DNA of 64,000 nucleotides from a virus: positions 1 to 64,000 of the IMG/VR virus record IMGVR_UViG_3300020125_000155; one strand, written 5' to 3'. Positions 22,538 to 31,412 of this stretch are shown here, piece by piece (the stretch's first letter is position 1; the number at the start of each line of letters is the position of its first letter). The notes under the pieces were generated by a model, which had not been told where the DNA came from, did not search any database, and saw nothing but the letters and a program-made list of their open reading frames with translations. The position numbers and the translations under genes are program-made.

Positions 22538-23889
22538 GTAGTTAGCGTTTGCAGTTGTGTGGCTGTTGCGGCGATGGTCCACGCGCCGAATTGTTGATAG
22601 TTTCCGTAAACATTTGAGCCACTACTTGTGCTACCAATCTCAAGACTCGTTGGCGCAGACGCAAACAAATTATTGCTGTCAGTTGCGGCAGGATTCCCAT
22701 TCGCAGAAATTCCTCGGCTTCCGGTCGTGCCTCCCGCTGCAATAACATTCTTCGCTGACCATGAGGTTATTCCAGTTGTAAGGGTATGACCGGCACCATC
22801 CGCAGTTGCCGCAAGGCTTGATGAGCTTTGAAATATCTTCGACCCGGCATTATTATCACCAACAAGCCTGCTCGACACAAATTGCTGATTGATGGTATTG
22901 CTGAAAAACGTGGCGGTAGTTGCCGTCCACGGAACAGTTAAAATATCCGCCACTCGCTGCACCGTTCCCGATGTAGTCGGGATGTAGGAGGAGGCGAAAG
23001 CGAGGGCCTCAAGCTGCGCGCCCCATAGGTAAATCCCATTGCCTGTCACGCCGAGATAACTTTGCGTATTGTTGGCTGTTGCAATCCCAACTGTGAAGAA
23101 TTCTTGTGAAGCGCCTGTACCTCCAGTGCGCGTTACCGTGCAGCGATACCACCCATTCCCAACATTATTAATAGTTGCGGTACTGCCAGCGGCATTAGTT
23201 CCGACAACACCGTTAGACAGATCAAAAAACGTATCATGGAACACATTGTTCGTGACCGCACTGATTACCAGCCATGTACGTTCCGCAGCTTTAGCGTAAA
23301 CTGACCATGTCCAAGGCACTGCCGTAAGAGTAAAGCTCTGCGATGTTTGATGTAATCCGTTGCTATTATCCTCCGCGAGCTTATCTGCCGTAGTCGTGCC
23401 ATCTGGAGCCGCTATGGCATTCGCAGAAACCGTTACACCTGTTAGAAAAGCGGTCCATACGGCATCATCAAGCTCTTGCGAATGTAGGCACACATTCATG
23501 CTTGCCCCTTCGAGCAAAATCCCTTTCGGCGTTAGCGCGACCGGATCATAGTTGAAACGCAGCACGTTATTGCCAGCACTTGCCAACAACCCAGATGAGT
23601 TGGTGTAGGTCGCTGGTGAGGCGCGAGTGAAAGTACCGCTGATAACGGCAAGCCAAGATGCAAAAGACCCGTAAACAGTCCCGTTGTACCAATAATTATT
23701 GGTTGTTCCCTCAGTCGTAAAATCGGCATATAGAACGGGCTTCGTCGTGCCAACCAAAGGAAGCCATGGAGGCCCACCTGGAACACGTCCGGGTCCCGGG
23801 AATATAATGTTCTGTGCAATTACTCTGCGACAAGACGCGGCTAAGACGGCGGCGGAGGCTGCGCCGCGCAAAAACAATCGTCGCGTCAT
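22534..23889 (-). CDS. Fibre-like lectin-fold protein carrying a twin-arginine (Tat) signal
   Basis: The N-terminus MTRRLFLRGAASAAVLAASC matches the Tat motif (S/T)RRxFLK plus an h-region. The body contains GIYLWGAQLEALAFASSYIPTTSG, typical of phage fibre or LamG-like domains. Confidence 0.55.
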   Translation of the reverse strand: MTRRLFLRGAASAAVLAASCRRVIAQNIIFPGPGRVPGGPPWLPLVGTTKPVLYADFTTEGTTNNYWYNGTVYGSFASWLAVISGTFTRASPATYTNSSGLLASAGNNVLRFNYDPVALTPKGILLEGASMNVCLHSQELDDAVWTAFLTGVTVSANAIAAPDGTTTADKLAEDNSNGLHQTSQSFTLTAVPWTWSVYAKAAERTWLVISAVTNNVFHDTFFDLSNGVVGTNAAGSTATINNVGNGWYRCTVTRTGGTGASQEFFTVGIATANNTQSYLGVTGNGIYLWGAQLEALAFASSYIPTTSGTVQRVADILTVPWTATTATFFSNTINQQFVSSRLVGDNNAGSKIFQSSSSLAATADGAGHTLTTGITSWSAKNVIAAGGTTGSRGISANGNPAATDSNNLFASAPTSLEIGSTSSGSNVYGNYQQFGAWTIAATATQLQTLTT

Positions 23890-24509
23890 CTAATTACACG
23901 CCAGTTAATAGTCACCGCGCCGGGAGTTATTGACGAATCGGTGTTATTGCACACCTTAAAATTCACGGTATCCGCAGTTGGATAGACCATAATAATCAGC
24001 ATTCCCGTTGTCAGCGGTATATAGCCCGTCACCGCCGTAGGATCGGCACTGAATGACGCAAAAATTACATCCGTAGTTAGCACTCCAGTTGCCGAAGCGG
24101 TCTGCGCCGCCGTGCAAGTGGCCGATGAAATCGAACCTGTCGCCAGAGTTTTCGCGCCAAAAGCGATAGTCTGTGACATAACGGCAGTGCCGTTGAGGGT
24201 TATATTTATCCCGCCAGTAGCTCCACCAACATTAGTGAACGCGATGTTGCCGCCAGTGTTTGTGACAGAAAAACACAGGCTGTTGTAAGGTCCGGTAGGA
24301 GGTCCGCTGTTCTGGCAAATCCCCGCCCCTTGAGCGACCACACCGATACTTGTGAGAAATGGTATAGCCGCATTGCCGCAGTCTTGGGCAACGCCGTTTG
24401 TCGTCCAACACACAGCATGGCCGGGCGTTACAAAACCGGATTGTTTTACCGACTGTGCGGCGCAAGGAGTCGCCAGCAATAACGCGAGAAAGAGCGTTAT
24501 GAGCTTCAT
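23886..24509 (-). CDS. Fibre-tip-like protein with Sec signal peptide
   Basis: MKLITLFLALLLATPCAAQS, then SGFVTPGHAVCWTTNGVAQDCG, a motif shared with the next gene. Confidence 0.55.
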   Translation of the reverse strand: MKLITLFLALLLATPCAAQSVKQSGFVTPGHAVCWTTNGVAQDCGNAAIPFLTSIGVVAQGAGICQNSGPPTGPYNSLCFSVTNTGGNIAFTNVGGATGGINITLNGTAVMSQTIAFGAKTLATGSISSATCTAAQTASATGVLTTDVIFASFSADPTAVTGYIPLTTGMLIIMVYPTADTVNFKVCNNTDSSITPGAVTINWRVIR

Positions 24510-25000
24510 GGCAATGGCTGGTAAAAAATACTTACGTTTGCGGTAGCGGGAACCCCCTGCGGGGTTTGCACACGGAAATAAAGCACAGGATCGGACAGGG
24601 CTATCGTGTTCTGGTTATTGACGGTCAACGATTGAGCGTTATTGCTCGTATCCGCCAGAGACGTTGTAATTGTTACTGCCGTTCCGCTAGTGACAACCGC
24701 AACCCCACCCGCCGCCTGTGCCGTAAAAACGCCGCATGTAGCCGACGAAAGCGAAGCACTGGCTCCGCTAATGTTTATGCCGTGAATCCGGTATCGAGTG
24801 TACCCAGCAGGCAAGTTGATCGGAATGGCGGTGTCGGTATTGCCCGCATTGAAATTGACGGCGATTACCCCACTGACCAGCATCCCGTAGAGATTGGTCA
24901 GAGCTACGCCAGCATCCTGCGCTATGCCATCGGTTGTCCAAGACGCCAGATGACCAGGAGTTACACTGCCTGATTGAAGAATGGGCGAGCCAGTGGGCAT
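24506..25000 (-). CDS. Fibre-tip-like protein, signal-less paralogue
   Basis: The N-terminus QSGSVTPGHLASWTTDGIAQDAG is paralogous to 23886..24509. The remainder is Gly/Thr/Ser-rich. Confidence 0.6.
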   Translation of the reverse strand: MPTGSPILQSGSVTPGHLASWTTDGIAQDAGVALTNLYGMLVSGVIAVNFNAGNTDTAIPINLPAGYTRYRIHGINISGASASLSSATCGVFTAQAAGGVAVVTSGTAVTITTSLADTSNNAQSLTVNNQNTIALSDPVLYFRVQTPQGVPATANVSIFYQPLP

Positions 25001-25031
25001 GAAGAGAACCTTACCACACCCCGGAAAACCG

Positions 25032-25478
25032 TCAATTTACGGTGAAGCTATAAGCATTTGAGAAATAATCCGTGGTAATGACAGAAACTTGCCAAGCGCC
25101 GCGCTGAGAGAGTTCCCCTATCCCGAAGAGGTAAACGACATACTGCCCTGCCGGGAAATTGGGTAAGTAACGCTGCCCAACGTCAGGCTGGCCGATAAAG
25201 CCGAACCGGGGGTCGCCAATCTGCAACGTGCCGTCCGGTCGAACAAAGGTAAACAACAGGGGCGCTTGGTAAGTCGGCAATCCCGTCCCTACGTAAAACA
25301 CCAAGGCGCAAGATTCGCCTAGATTGGGGGACGGGCCGAAGAAATAGCCCTGTACCGCGTCAATGACAAAGACCTTCCCAGAGAGTAGACGGGGAAACGG
25401 TACAGGCGCGGGGGCTGGCCCCAAGTCAATCTGGAAGGCATTGTTTTGGAAGGCGCTAGGCTGGAAAGCCGTTGCCAT
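25032..25478 (-). CDS. Hypothetical structural protein (148 aa)
   Basis: The N-terminus AFQPSAFQNNAFQ is a repeat motif seen in fibre-associated phage proteins. Confidence 0.55.
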   Translation of the reverse strand: MATAFQPSAFQNNAFQIDLGPAPAPVPFPRLLSGKVFVIDAVQGYFFGPSPNLGESCALVFYVGTGLPTYQAPLLFTFVRPDGTLQIGDPRFGFIGQPDVGQRYLPNFPAGQYVVYLFGIGELSQRGAWQVSVITTDYFSNAYSFTVN

Positions 25479-25479
25479 G

Positions 25480-26085
25480 TCACGATTTGGCGCGGCGAGT
25501 TAGGGTGAAAATTATATCCCATACCGCATTGACGTGATCGCGCACCGCCTCTTGTAGATATTGTTCGTTACGCACACGCAATTCCGGCGCGATAAGGTAG
25601 CCCCAGCCGAAGTCGAAATCGCACTTAATCGGGTAATGATCTAGCTTCTGGGCATCACGCCAACCCTTGTTGAAATACAACATTGAGTTATCACAGATCG
25701 GAGGCCATGCGTGAAATGGGTCCTGTACCGCACGCATTGACGACCAGTAGGGCACAACAATAGTCATTTTTGCGCCCGCCTTGAGAATTCGCCAACACTC
25801 GTCCATGAACGGGAGCCGTTCAGGGCCGGTCAGATGCTCAAGAAAATGGGCGGTGTAAGCCTCGTCTACCGACTCGTCGTCAAGCGGCCAAGGGTACTTT
25901 TGCAAATCATAAACGTAATCGGCCCCGACATCGGGACTAATATCAATGCCAATCCAGTTGTCGCCCCATTGCTCTTTTGGTTCCGGGCGGCGTTGACCGC
26001 AGCCCAGATCAAGCCGTAACGGGTCGCCGGGTTTCTTTGGTGCGAAATTTACCGCTGTGACTTCTTTGAGTTTCGTCTTTGCCAT
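25480..26085 (-). CDS. Class I SAM-dependent methyltransferase
   Basis: 201 aa from ATG 26085 (GGTGGGAG RBS). LDLGCG motif I, HFLEHL, ILKAGAKMTIVVP. The start lies 77 nt inside the upstream SDR gene. Confidence 0.65.
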   Translation of the reverse strand: MAKTKLKEVTAVNFAPKKPGDPLRLDLGCGQRRPEPKEQWGDNWIGIDISPDVGADYVYDLQKYPWPLDDESVDEAYTAHFLEHLTGPERLPFMDECWRILKAGAKMTIVVPYWSSMRAVQDPFHAWPPICDNSMLYFNKGWRDAQKLDHYPIKCDFDFGWGYLIAPELRVRNEQYLQEAVRDHVNAVWDIIFTLTRRAKS

Positions 26086-26890
26086 TAACCCGCTCCCACC
26101 TTCTGTTTTCGTACTCAATGCAATCGCGCAGCGCATCCCGCACTGGTCGTAGACGGAAACCCGCTTGTTCTGCCTTGGACGTATTAAGCGTGCAGAACGA
26201 GCGTTCCGCCTTAACTGTTTTCAAGAAAGCATCTTCGCTTGCAAACCACTGTTTTTTCAAGCCAAGAAGAGAAATAATTTCTTTCGTCGTCACCGAACCA
26301 GGATTGGTAAAATTGTAAACTCCCGGCGCTGGCCTTTGGCTCACAGGAAGCTCACACAGCCAAGCGATAGCATCGGCGGCGTCGTCCAGACACGTCAGGG
26401 AATTCTCAGAGTCAATAAGAATTGGATAGCTACCCAGTTTGGTGAGTAGATTGCGCGGGTCAGGTCTATACGAAAACGGCATCCTAATTCGCAGCACATA
26501 AGATCGCGGACCAATCCTGCGCTCCGCTATTCCCTTGCAGACGGAATAGAACGAACCGAAGAAATTTTGCCCGTTTCCTTCACTCCACGGGCCACCCTCG
26601 TACAAACATCCGCTACCAATGTGGATAACCGGGCGCGTCCCGGCGCGGACATTGCATTCCATCGGCCAAAGGATATTGCCCTCAATACATTCCGCACGAT
26701 GAATTTCGCAAGCATCTACGTTAGGACGCCCGACATACCCAGCCGCATTGATAACAAAATCTCTTATGGAGTGCGGTTCGTGCTCCCAGCTTTCGCCGTG
26801 ATGAGCCCAGTTGAAGCGTAACCCCCGCGCCGTTAGCGCCTCCGAGATGGCAGTACCGACATAACCATGACCAATAAGTGTAATCACCAA
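26009..26890 (-). CDS. SDR-family sugar-nucleotide reductase/epimerase (RmlD-like)
   Basis: Rossmann motif IGHGYVG at the N-terminus and the catalytic Y-x-x-x-K (YSVCK). 293 aa. Confidence 0.65.
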   Translation of the reverse strand: MVITLIGHGYVGTAISEALTARGLRFNWAHHGESWEHEPHSIRDFVINAAGYVGRPNVDACEIHRAECIEGNILWPMECNVRAGTRPVIHIGSGCLYEGGPWSEGNGQNFFGSFYSVCKGIAERRIGPRSYVLRIRMPFSYRPDPRNLLTKLGSYPILIDSENSLTCLDDAADAIAWLCELPVSQRPAPGVYNFTNPGSVTTKEIISLLGLKKQWFASEDAFLKTVKAERSFCTLNTSKAEQAGFRLRPVRDALRDCIEYENRRWERVNGKDETQRSHSGKFRTKETRRPVTA

Positions 26891-26903
26891 ATCACGTCCT
26901 GTA

Positions 26904-27176
26904 TTAACCAGCGATACCGATAGGCGTCACGCCAGCCTGCGCTTGCTGTTGCGCCACTGTCGTTTCGATCTGCTTAACATTGAAAATCGTCCAGGACACC
27001 AAATCCGCCACCCATTGCAATAATGTCTGTGCTGGCGTGGGCGTGGGCGGCAATAGTGCCGCGTCGAGGATATTCCAGGCATTGAGCAACCGCTGTACGT
27101 CAGCATCCGGGAACGTGTAGGCTTTTGAGCCGTTGACAACGCCAGAACCAGACAGAGTGAAGGTCAATGTCGCCAT
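26904..27176 (-). CDS. Hypothetical protein (90 aa)
   Basis: ATG 27176 with a GAGGAGG RBS. It sits between the GT and SDR genes. Confidence 0.5.
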   Translation of the reverse strand: MATLTFTLSGSGVVNGSKAYTFPDADVQRLLNAWNILDAALLPPTPTPAQTLLQWVADLVSWTIFNVKQIETTVAQQQAQAGVTPIGIAG

Positions 27177-27187
27177 AACAGCCTCCT

Positions 27188-27910
27188 CTACCACATAGTA
27201 TCGTCTATTTCTGAGTAGTGCCCAACTTTTATCGAGCAATCTATCGCACAGCGATAGCCGCATTTACGAGCATCCGACCAGAAATAAAGGTCTTGCGTTG
27301 TCATCCCCTCTGTCCGTGAGGATGTTGTTTTGAACCATGGACGACGCAATTTCGGGTCCTTAAACATCGCCAGCCGGAATACGGTGAAGCCCATTCCAGT
27401 GCCGTTGCATTCAACTAACCCGCCATTAACATCGGGTTTTTGCGGGCGGAAATTGAAGGGGGCTGAATGAGGGTCGCCCCAAATTTGGGCTACCCCACCG
27501 TGGCCTTTGGTGAAATACAACCCACCAATAGCTGCATACTCGGGGTGCTTCTCCATTTTCGCAAGCAAGTTAAGAACACCATCGGGCGGCGGAGCATTGT
27601 CAGATTCAATGAAAAGAACATACTTCCAGTTTGACAGGTCGGGGTGGATTAAGATGCTTTCGATAGTTCGCGTATAGGCTTCACCAATTTCCATGCCCGC
27701 AGTGAACAAACGACAAGTTCGATTGTTGGGCGGAGACATGAGACCCAGCCACGAAGAAACCACACGGATAGGAACCGGCTTGATGGTGGGGATAACAATA
27801 ACTGTGGATAAATCCTTATAGGCTACACCTTGGTCAAGACGTTCTACGGCCTTGTCCAAGTTAGCATTGTGCTTGCCGCCATCGTATGCCGAAATAATCT
27901 GTGGGATCAT
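27188..27910 (-). CDS. GT-A fold glycosyltransferase (GT2-like)
   Basis: STVIVIPT, the FIESDN acidic motif and QDLYFWSDARKCGY...VGH. The start is ATGA-coupled to the stop of the 995-aa fibre gene. Confidence 0.55.
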   Translation of the reverse strand: MIPQIISAYDGGKHNANLDKAVERLDQGVAYKDLSTVIVIPTIKPVPIRVVSSWLGLMSPPNNRTCRLFTAGMEIGEAYTRTIESILIHPDLSNWKYVLFIESDNAPPPDGVLNLLAKMEKHPEYAAIGGLYFTKGHGGVAQIWGDPHSAPFNFRPQKPDVNGGLVECNGTGMGFTVFRLAMFKDPKLRRPWFKTTSSRTEGMTTQDLYFWSDARKCGYRCAIDCSIKVGHYSEIDDTMW

Positions 27911-30894
27911 AGCGTGTTGACGTTGTTCACATTAAAATACGGTATTCCGTAAGTTTGGTTTCCTACGGCGGTATTTATGGTCACTGGGTTCACTTGCGTT
28001 AAACCGATTGTACCGGGGAACGCCCCAGTCGTAGTACCATAAGTACCTTCAAATTGCAGCGGCGCAAGCCAAGCGCGGCTAAAGACGCTATCAACCAAAA
28101 ATCCTATGCCGCCAGCACTCCCCGAGATACCGGCATCCAATTGTGCCATAACCGCACTCATCGAAAGTATATTGGAGCCAGTCGATGACGTTGACGCGAT
28201 TAGCCCAAGCCAATACTCACCCGGCGTCATTAACGTAGCCATCGGCACAGTTGCCAACTTCATGCCGCGAGCCATCGTGGCAAGACCGCTCCCGGCAGAG
28301 GAGGTCGAGGCCCCGCCCCAACTCACTTTATAGCTTGCATTACTGCTTCCGGAAAAGAAGCCCGCCTGCGACGTGCTGAAAATTGTCGAGATATTGCTGG
28401 TATTCACCGTATCGCGGGTGAATAGTGCAACTGATAGGGTGTGCGATACCGCGTAACTTGCTGACGCGCCGGTTCCTGCGCTAACGCTGGATAAAAGATT
28501 TAACCGGCTTACAGTCATCGGCCATGGCACATTAAATGGAATTAGCCACAGGCTGTTTTGTCCAAGCGACAAATTGAAAGAGCCTGCAAACTCCCGTGGC
28601 TCCCACGCCGACATGGCCGCTGGTGCGGATAAGACAATCGAACTGTTGGAATAACCAGCACTGAGAATACCGACCGCATCAATCGAATGAGTGCGAGCAT
28701 CCAATGTCGTGCTTGATGATTGGCCTGTGGTGTTCCCGACCGCATAAAAACCTTCAGTTTGATTGGATTGATTGAAGGCTGAAACTGTAACAGTCGCGGA
28801 TTGCCCGTTTACCGATCCTGACAATGTAATGTTATTGCCACCGGCAAGAACCAGTTGGGCGTTAACCGTTCCTGACGTGCCCGACGTATTGCCTATACTC
28901 GATATGCCGCCGCTGAAATTACCGCCGCCAACCGAGGGGACGGAAATAATAACAGAGCCGCCAGACATACCGACCGACGCCACACCCGCCCCATCAAAGC
29001 TTAACGAGCGTGCGTCAACTGTGGTCGAAGAACTTGCCGTTGTCGTATTGCCGACCGCATACAGCCCCATCGTTTGCGCGCTTTGCGAGGCCGAAATGTC
29101 CATCGAGCCAGCGGAAAACCCGACCGTCACAATGCCGTCGCCACGGAAGCTGAGTGTCCGCGCGTCTACCGTAGTTGACGAACTCTCTGTAGTATTGCCG
29201 AGGCCGTATAAGCCAAGCGTCTGATTACTCTGCGCCGCGACAGATGCCGATATGATTAAGTGACTATTTGAGGACCACCCGACCGATACAATGCCGTCAC
29301 CGTCTATCGAGAGAGAACGTGCGTCATGCGTAGACGATGAACTGGTGCCGGTTGTATTACCCGAACCATAAATTCCTAGTGTCTGGTTGGTTTGTGCTGC
29401 GTCCGTTGCGGAAATAACGACCGAACCCGCCGAATAGCCAACGGACACAATTCCCGCGCCGTCGAACGAAATAGTACGCGCGTCTACCGTAGTTGACGTT
29501 GATTGCCCCGTGGTGTTCCCAACCGCATAAAGCCCCGCGCTCTGGTTCGTTTGAGCGGCTACCGATGCCGAGATAATCAAATGGCTGTTGCTAGACCAGC
29601 CCACCGATACGATCCCGTCGCCATCAATGGTCAGCGACCGCGCATCGTGCGTGGAGGACGACGATGTTCCTGTTGTGTTTACCGACCCGTAAATACCCAA
29701 CGTCTGATTTGTCTGGGCGGCGTCTGTCGCAGAAATAACAACTGACCCAGCCGAATATCCGACTGAGACAATCCCGGCACCATCAAACGAGAGTGTGCGC
29801 GCGTCGAGTGTAGTAGATGAACTTTGTGCGGTGGTATTCCCGACCGCATAAAAACCTTCAGTTTGATTGGTCTGAGCCACCGTAGTAGCGGAAATCAGGA
29901 GCGAGCCGCCTGACATGCCGACGCTGACAATGCCCTGACCCACATGCGTAAACGAGCGTGCGTCAACGGTAGAGGACGAGGATTGCCCGACTGTCTGACT
30001 CGAAGCGTAAACCCCGATGCTCTGATTGGTTTGCGCGATTGTATTGGGGGCTGAGATGAGTAAGTGGCTGTTGTTCGTACTCCACCCTACGGAGACAGCA
30101 CCAAGACCTTCTATGGTCAGAGAACGGGCGTCATAGGTAAGAGACGAACTGTTGCCAGTCGTGTTTTGTGAAGCGTATACGCCGTCCGTCTGATTGGTTT
30201 GTACGCCGGATAACACCAAAGTCCCGGCTGAGAACCCCGCCGATATAAGGCCCGCAGCACTGATGGTGACATTGTTCAAAGTGGTGCTGGAGCTTTGGGC
30301 GGTAGTATTGCCGCTGGCACCCCAAGTCTGTGCCGCCGCCGCCGCCGATGGCACTGAGATAACCACAGAGCCACCGGACATACCCACCGAGGCGATTCCG
30401 GCCCCATCGAAACTCAGCGAACGTGCATCAAGCGTGGTGGACGAAGATTGCCCCGTGGTGTTCCCAACCGCGTAGAAACCTTCGGTCTGTACCGACTGGC
30501 TGGCCGAAACTATGAGATGGGAATTGTTCGACCAGCCTACGCTTACGATGCCGTCGCCATCCAGCGTTAAGGACCGCGCATCGTAGGTAGCGAATGAGGA
30601 CTGCCCGGTAGTATTGACGGAACCGTAAACACCTAGTGTCTGGTTGGTTTGCCCGCCACCCGCTGCTCCGGAAAATATAATTGATTGGTTTAGCGTATCA
30701 GCGGATAGCGTAATGTTGTTGCCGCCCGCCAGCACGATCCCGGTTCCAGAAATCGTGGAGCCGCCCCCGGCAAAATTGCCGCCAAGCGTTATTGTCTGAT
30801 TATGGACTGAGTTCCAGTCGGATGGTCTAACAATAGAGGTCGCCGGGTCATCGGCAACCGTCTGATTGTAAACATGCTTGATTTGTCCGACCAC
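27907..30894 (-). CDS. Large repeat-containing tail fibre/spike (995 aa)
   Basis: N-terminal VRPSDWNSVHNQT is fibre-like. About twelve ~53-aa repeats follow (QTNQTLG-YGS-NTTG-SSS-T-DARSL--DGDGIVSVGWS-NSHLIISAS, alternating with ...FDGAGI-SVG-S-GSVVIS), then a distinct ~230-aa C-terminal domain. Confidence 0.75.
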   Translation of the reverse strand: MVGQIKHVYNQTVADDPATSIVRPSDWNSVHNQTITLGGNFAGGGSTISGTGIVLAGGNNITLSADTLNQSIIFSGAAGGGQTNQTLGVYGSVNTTGQSSFATYDARSLTLDGDGIVSVGWSNNSHLIVSASQSVQTEGFYAVGNTTGQSSSTTLDARSLSFDGAGIASVGMSGGSVVISVPSAAAAAQTWGASGNTTAQSSSTTLNNVTISAAGLISAGFSAGTLVLSGVQTNQTDGVYASQNTTGNSSSLTYDARSLTIEGLGAVSVGWSTNNSHLLISAPNTIAQTNQSIGVYASSQTVGQSSSSTVDARSFTHVGQGIVSVGMSGGSLLISATTVAQTNQTEGFYAVGNTTAQSSSTTLDARTLSFDGAGIVSVGYSAGSVVISATDAAQTNQTLGIYGSVNTTGTSSSSTHDARSLTIDGDGIVSVGWSSNSHLIISASVAAQTNQSAGLYAVGNTTGQSTSTTVDARTISFDGAGIVSVGYSAGSVVISATDAAQTNQTLGIYGSGNTTGTSSSSTHDARSLSIDGDGIVSVGWSSNSHLIISASVAAQSNQTLGLYGLGNTTESSSTTVDARTLSFRGDGIVTVGFSAGSMDISASQSAQTMGLYAVGNTTTASSSTTVDARSLSFDGAGVASVGMSGGSVIISVPSVGGGNFSGGISSIGNTSGTSGTVNAQLVLAGGNNITLSGSVNGQSATVTVSAFNQSNQTEGFYAVGNTTGQSSSTTLDARTHSIDAVGILSAGYSNSSIVLSAPAAMSAWEPREFAGSFNLSLGQNSLWLIPFNVPWPMTVSRLNLLSSVSAGTGASASYAVSHTLSVALFTRDTVNTSNISTIFSTSQAGFFSGSSNASYKVSWGGASTSSAGSGLATMARGMKLATVPMATLMTPGEYWLGLIASTSSTGSNILSMSAVMAQLDAGISGSAGGIGFLVDSVFSRAWLAPLQFEGTYGTTTGAFPGTIGLTQVNPVTINTAVGNQTYGIPYFNVNNVNTL

Positions 30895-30922
30895 GCCGTT
30901 CCCCTAGCGGCGAGGCGGCAAT

Positions 30923-31201
30923 CTACAGCCTTCGCGCTATGAATGAAGCCGCTAGCGCAAAGATACCGTACATTCCCAATCCAACCAACTGCAACACCGA
31001 TGGGTTAGGCAAGACCTCAAGCCACAGGGCAAAAGCGGACGCCGTAGCGAGCAATACGAACAGCTTGGATAGGGCTACCACGAACCGCTGACTTAGAGCC
31101 TGAAGGCCCAAAGTAAGCGCCTGTAGCCCCGCCTGTTCGGCTACGGAGGTCTTTTCAGACCCGGGTTCGTCGTCCGGTACGATGCTGAATTTCGCTGCCA
31201 T
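30923..31201 (-). CDS. Membrane protein (92 aa)
   Basis: ATG 31201. Two hydrophobic helices (LFVLLATASAFALWLEV, VGLGMYGIFALAASFIA). Confidence 0.45.
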   Translation of the reverse strand: MAAKFSIVPDDEPGSEKTSVAEQAGLQALTLGLQALSQRFVVALSKLFVLLATASAFALWLEVLPNPSVLQLVGLGMYGIFALAASFIARRL

Positions 31202-31412
31202 TTGTCTCCGCCTTGCGTAATTCGTCCTGCAATACAGCCATAGTGGTTTCGTCGTCAGATTCGTCCGGTTTTCCCTTTCTAGCAAGGGAATAGAACGCCA
31301 AAAGGACCTTCAGCGCCTCTACCTTTTCGCCTAGTTTTACGTCCTCTCTGGAGGCTTGTTCGGCGGTTTTAGCCGCCAATTGCTCGATTTTGAGCAGAAT
31401 CTTCTTGCTCAT
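31155..31412 (-). CDS. Hypothetical helical protein (85 aa)
   Basis: ATGA-coupled to the 1000-aa gene upstream. Confidence 0.5.
   Translation of the reverse strand: MSKKILLKIEQLAAKTAEQASREDVKLGEKVEALKVLLAFYSLARKGKPDESDDETTMAVLQDELRKAETNGSEIQHRTGRRTRV

Noticed and set aside
27907-30894. Repetitive DNA as a CRISPR array or a diversity-generating retroelement target
   Set aside because: The repeats are in-frame protein repeats of about 160 nt without unique spacers. No reverse transcriptase, template repeat or cas genes are present in the window.
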